Origin: Thalia democratica
Taxonomy: Eukaryota
Direction: 5' to 3'
Assembly: GCA_965202585.1 (NCBI GenBank)
Contig: OZ241829.1
Location: 8,618,001-8,682,000, forward strand
DNA length: 64,000 bases
The notes under the pieces were generated by a model, which did not search any database, was not told where the DNA came from, and saw nothing but the letters and a program-made list of their open reading frames with translations. The first letter of the stretch is position 1; each line of letters starts with the position of its first letter. Of this stretch, positions 59,801-64,000 are shown in pieces. The position numbers and the translations under genes were made by a program.

Positions 59801-62800
59801 AAGCATAAGTGAAAAAGCAATTGCCTTTTACACTTGGTAAAACATTTTTAACAAATAAGTTTTAAAATAACTTACTTCATTAGCCAGACTTAATTCTTGA
59901 GGGAGTTGTAAAGTTTTGTAACTTGAACGTTGGTAAAATTACATTTTGACTTGTTTTATTTGTTTTAAAGTTCAAGCTAAAATTGAAATAAAGCATAACA
60001 AAGTATACAGGTTTACACTATTTTTTATTGCTAAATAATTATAACTAGAACAATTGCAAAAACGCTGAAAGTTATTTAAATAATTATTTTATAAGTGTAA
60101 ATGTAATTGCTATTTTGCTTGTTAAGCTTGTGTCATGTGCAGTTATTGAGTGTTATATTATTTCATTTTATTAGTTTTTTAAAAGTATGTAAAGTCCAAA
60201 GGCTGCAGTAGCTTATTTTAATACTGAAGTTTTTTTTTTTTTAATCGTAGTACTTTTAGCTTGCCTTAAATTAGTTTGTGTTTAAAATATTCTTCAACAT
60301 AACTTTTTTATTTAACAAAATAAAAAGTTTACTTTAAGCTCAAATTATATAGTTTTAAAACTATATTCTTGAAGTTTAAACTTTACTGTCTAATCAAAAG
60401 TAAGGCTTTAATTGAAACAACAGTTTTGTACAAATTAAAGAGCTAAAGTCGGTCCATTTACTGAACGATAAGCAAACGTTTTATTAATTAAAACATGTAT
60501 TAGTTTAATTAATTACTCTTCTTAAAATTTTTATAAACATGTGAAAGTGTTCAATTATTTGAACAAAATCATAATTTTCTTAAATTGAGCAAAGTTCTAA
60601 CAAATTTTTTAATTATATTATTACTTTATAAAAATATTAAGCGTATCAAATAAAGATAACATTTAACTTTTTACGAAAATTTTTGTTCTTAAAAATCTAA
60701 TAGAACAATTAAAATTGTATCTGGATAGCAACTAATTACAGTTTGGACGTTAACACACAACAACTACAAAATTAACAAAACAATTATACATGCGAAACCT
60801 GACACCACTCCAACACTACAGCAACTCGACTTACACAAAACTCAAATCTCAAAAATCAGCAAAAACAACAAAACTAACCAAGCATATCACAAAAGTATCC
60901 AGTTTCTCACCTCTGGTTAATTTTCGTGGCGCCACTGTGCGCGGTTAATCGGAATGGATTATCAGCCAGTCAATAGGCTGCTTTATATGCAGCCAGGGTT
61001 TAAAAGGCTTTAAAGTGCGCTTTCTCAACAACCGTAAGCAGTTAATTAAATTGTCAGCAACTTAACGAGCAGAATAAACTAAGTTAATGTAAAAAAAAGC
61101 ATAAACACATTAACCGATGCTTATTTGTTTACTTGCTTGTGCAGATAAAATCAAGATCGGCTGTTTTTCCTGTGTGCGCGGTGTTTAGCAAACACATCGC
61201 CTTCGTAAGAGCGCATGTTCCTTGTTTGCCAATTGACAAATTAAAAACTTTCCAACAAAGGGCTTTGCGCGGTGTGTAAACAAGCGGCCGTATGCGCGGA
61301 AAAAGCACAGATTTCGCTGTCGCAGCAGTGTTTTCCGACAAAAGACTGACGAGAAAAGCCACGAAAGAACAATCAATTAAGGGGGAAACCCCTTTTTCGT
61401 TAGCGACGATCCCGCTTACGAACATCAGGCTAATTTGTTGGGTAAACCGAACATACATTGTTCCCCGTCACTTTGCTTACAAGATATCATCAATATCGTG
61501 GCGCGGGAAATTACAGCAGTTTGCTTTCCCAACAAAAGCACTGCATAGGAGAGAATGGTGAAATCACTGCAAAAAACCCCGTACATCAGGCGGCTCTGAT
61601 CCGGGATTTTTCCGTGCTTATTTTGATATAAAAACATCATTGACTAATGTAAAAGCAAATTTTTGTGTTTATCTAATAATTCATGTGTGTTTGTTTACAT
61701 GTTTGCCTTTAACGAAAGTTATCGTTTTTATACGCTGTATATCACATATATGCTACATCGCAGCGTCATCATACGCTACATCGGAGCCACCGGGGGAATA
61801 ATTTTCCCGATTATTCTGGCTCATTAGCTGGCATGTTTACATTCGTATTTACATGTTTTTCGCATTGGACATCCCGGATTTCCAAACACAAACATATGAG
61901 CCAAGAGGGGTTTTATACGAATAAATGTACAAGAAGCTATTAAATATACAAAAGTCATCAGGGCTGTTTCGTATGCAAACAACCACGTATGATGTTTGTG
62001 CTTCCAAATGCAAATAAATGCGCGTTTCTGGTAACTTTGTTTGTAATTTCGTTAATATAAAAACAAACTATCAGGTAAAATTACCCTGTATACTAAACTT
62101 TGTGTGCAAATGAAAGCTTTATAACAGTAGTGGTCGTTACCAGTTGCTAATTTAATAATTTTTTGTATAAAATTTTCCTACTAACGTTTTTAACATGAAA
62201 AATGCTTCTGGTTATACCAAAGTTTGTATTGAAAATAAGGACTGGAAGAATAAGAACTTCAATAAGATTGGAATGCTTTTTTACCTATTTTTTTGTAAAT
62301 TTAGACAAACTAAGTATAGTTTAAAAAAACGTGTCTTAAACAACTAATTAGCCTTGATTTTTTTACTCCATCGTGAAATTTTATTTAAAGTAGAAAAAAA
62401 AAACAGAACAAATCTTAAATTGTACTTATCACACTATTGAAATTTGTGTTTTTATAAATGTATCAGTAAACAAAACTTTTCGACTGGAATGTTTGCGGAT
62501 AGATTACTGAAACACAAAGTTTGAAAATTAACATTAAAATGTAAAAATGTAGATGAACATTAGACAACGTTTTAACACTTTATAATAATAATATTTATAA
62601 GTAAATCAACAGTGTTGGTTTTAACATCAAAACTGTCACATTAGAACTATATAATAAAAATGTCTTTAAAGTTTAAAAGTACACAACTTTAATAGAAAGT
62701 TATAAACTTATATTTTACTTAAATTCAAGCAGAATTAATCAAAAACTTAAAACAATTTTGTTACCTCAGTCTACTAATTAAATTCCTAGGTTTTATTTTA

Positions 62801-64000
62801 AAACAATTATTAAAAAACACTCATTACTTTGTTTTAGTTATTAGTTAACTATTTTTTAAATTTTTTGTAGTTGATACAAGTTCTTAATAAACAATTATTT
62901 AAAACAAAAAATAATTTAATGGTTTTTAAATAACTATATTTCATGTGACTTCACAGAACCACCCTAAAACTCATCCAGAAATTTTCTGAAACTGTAATCT
63001 GAAGCTTTATCGCCGAATAAAAGCAATATTAAATTTCTCAAAGTTATAATACTCTGACTTCAAAGGCCGAAACACTTTGAAGATGTGAAGAGATGTGTGT
63101 GTACTTTAAAGGCGGCGATGTATGTTCGCAAAATTGCAAAAAGATGTACTTGTGGTGTAATCTTTCCGCTGCTTTTTATCGTTGACACGAGACCAGAATG
63201 TAGGGACAAGATAACCACCACAAATGATCAAAGAAATAATATTAGATAAAATAAAAGCTGCCACAAATATATCGGCACGTGCACATTTTTGATAAAAATA
63301 GATAAGTATTTATTTATTTAAAGATCTTTTTTTGAAGCACATATCTAAGTCAAATATTATGTTTGTTAAACTAAAGGTCCGAGTTATTTGTTTTTCTCAC
63401 TTGCTTTTGTAAAGTAATTAGCTTTTAATGTTTAAAGTTAACAGTTTTTTTTAAATTGTATTCATAAATAAAATTCAAATTGAAATAGCTGAACTCTGTT
63501 TTACTACAAATTGTTTTAAGCAGATAGTTGTTTTAAAAGTCATACTTACCTATTTTACAATTCTAGCACCTATTGTCATTGTACAAAAGTAAGCCCACTT
63601 AAGTACATATGTAGTGTCATCTTTTTTGTAACTTAAACAAAAAAACTATCACTCAAACAAATTGACTTAACATCAAAGTTTTTTTTTCGCGAAAAGTATC
63701 ATCATGTTACATAAATTCAAAATCTTCTATTAGAAATAATAAAAGACTTTTCAACTAAAATAAAAGTTTAATGCAAAACAACTTAAGAATTAACTCTTTT
63801 TTCAGAGAGAACAGACTTAATGTTATCTTTTTGTAAATATAAAAAAACATTTTACTTAAAAATTTTTATTTACAGTGTTTTCTACAAACCTTTCATCGTA
63901 TTGATTAAATTTAAAATAAGTTAAACAGAACACACTGATTGACTGTCAATTAAACGAAGAACTTAGCGCGAAACCACTTATGTAATAAATCTTCATTCGA

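Noticed and set aside
63542-63551. ATACTTACCT match to the U1 snRNA 5' end
   Set aside because: The rest of U1 is absent; it is simply a consensus donor on the minus strand.
1-64000. Prokaryotic or phage-type systems (operons, defence islands, intact transposases)
   Set aside because: All coding sequence is spliced eukaryotic, and no long ORF with transposase, RT or integrase motifs exists.

Overview
Very AT-rich eukaryotic (animal) genomic DNA with canonical GT-AG introns. An I-domain integrin alpha, a divergent Tbx2/3 and weak splice signals point to a tunicate-like chordate (inference). Four protein-coding genes were reconstructed by hand with consistent exon phases. (1) The first 136 codons of a lysine-rich, possibly co-chaperone-like gene on the minus strand, running off the left edge. 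(2) A 10-exon minus-strand integrin-alpha-like gene with signal peptide, first propeller blade and an intact-MIDAS I/VWA domain; no further integrin exons were found. (3) Head-to-head with it, a 9-exon plus-strand secreted protein of about 727 aa: acidic region, collagen, coiled coil, sushi/CCP and fibrinogen domain. (4) A 7-exon minus-strand Tbx2/3-like T-box gene of about 547 aa. The T-box gene is flanked by about 25 kb and at least 11 kb of non-coding DNA made of GC-richer islands in AT-rich spacers, with clustered TF-like motifs. Several local tandem duplications copy splice sites. No rRNA, tRNA, CRISPR array or intact transposase was found. All analysis was done by eye, without searches.
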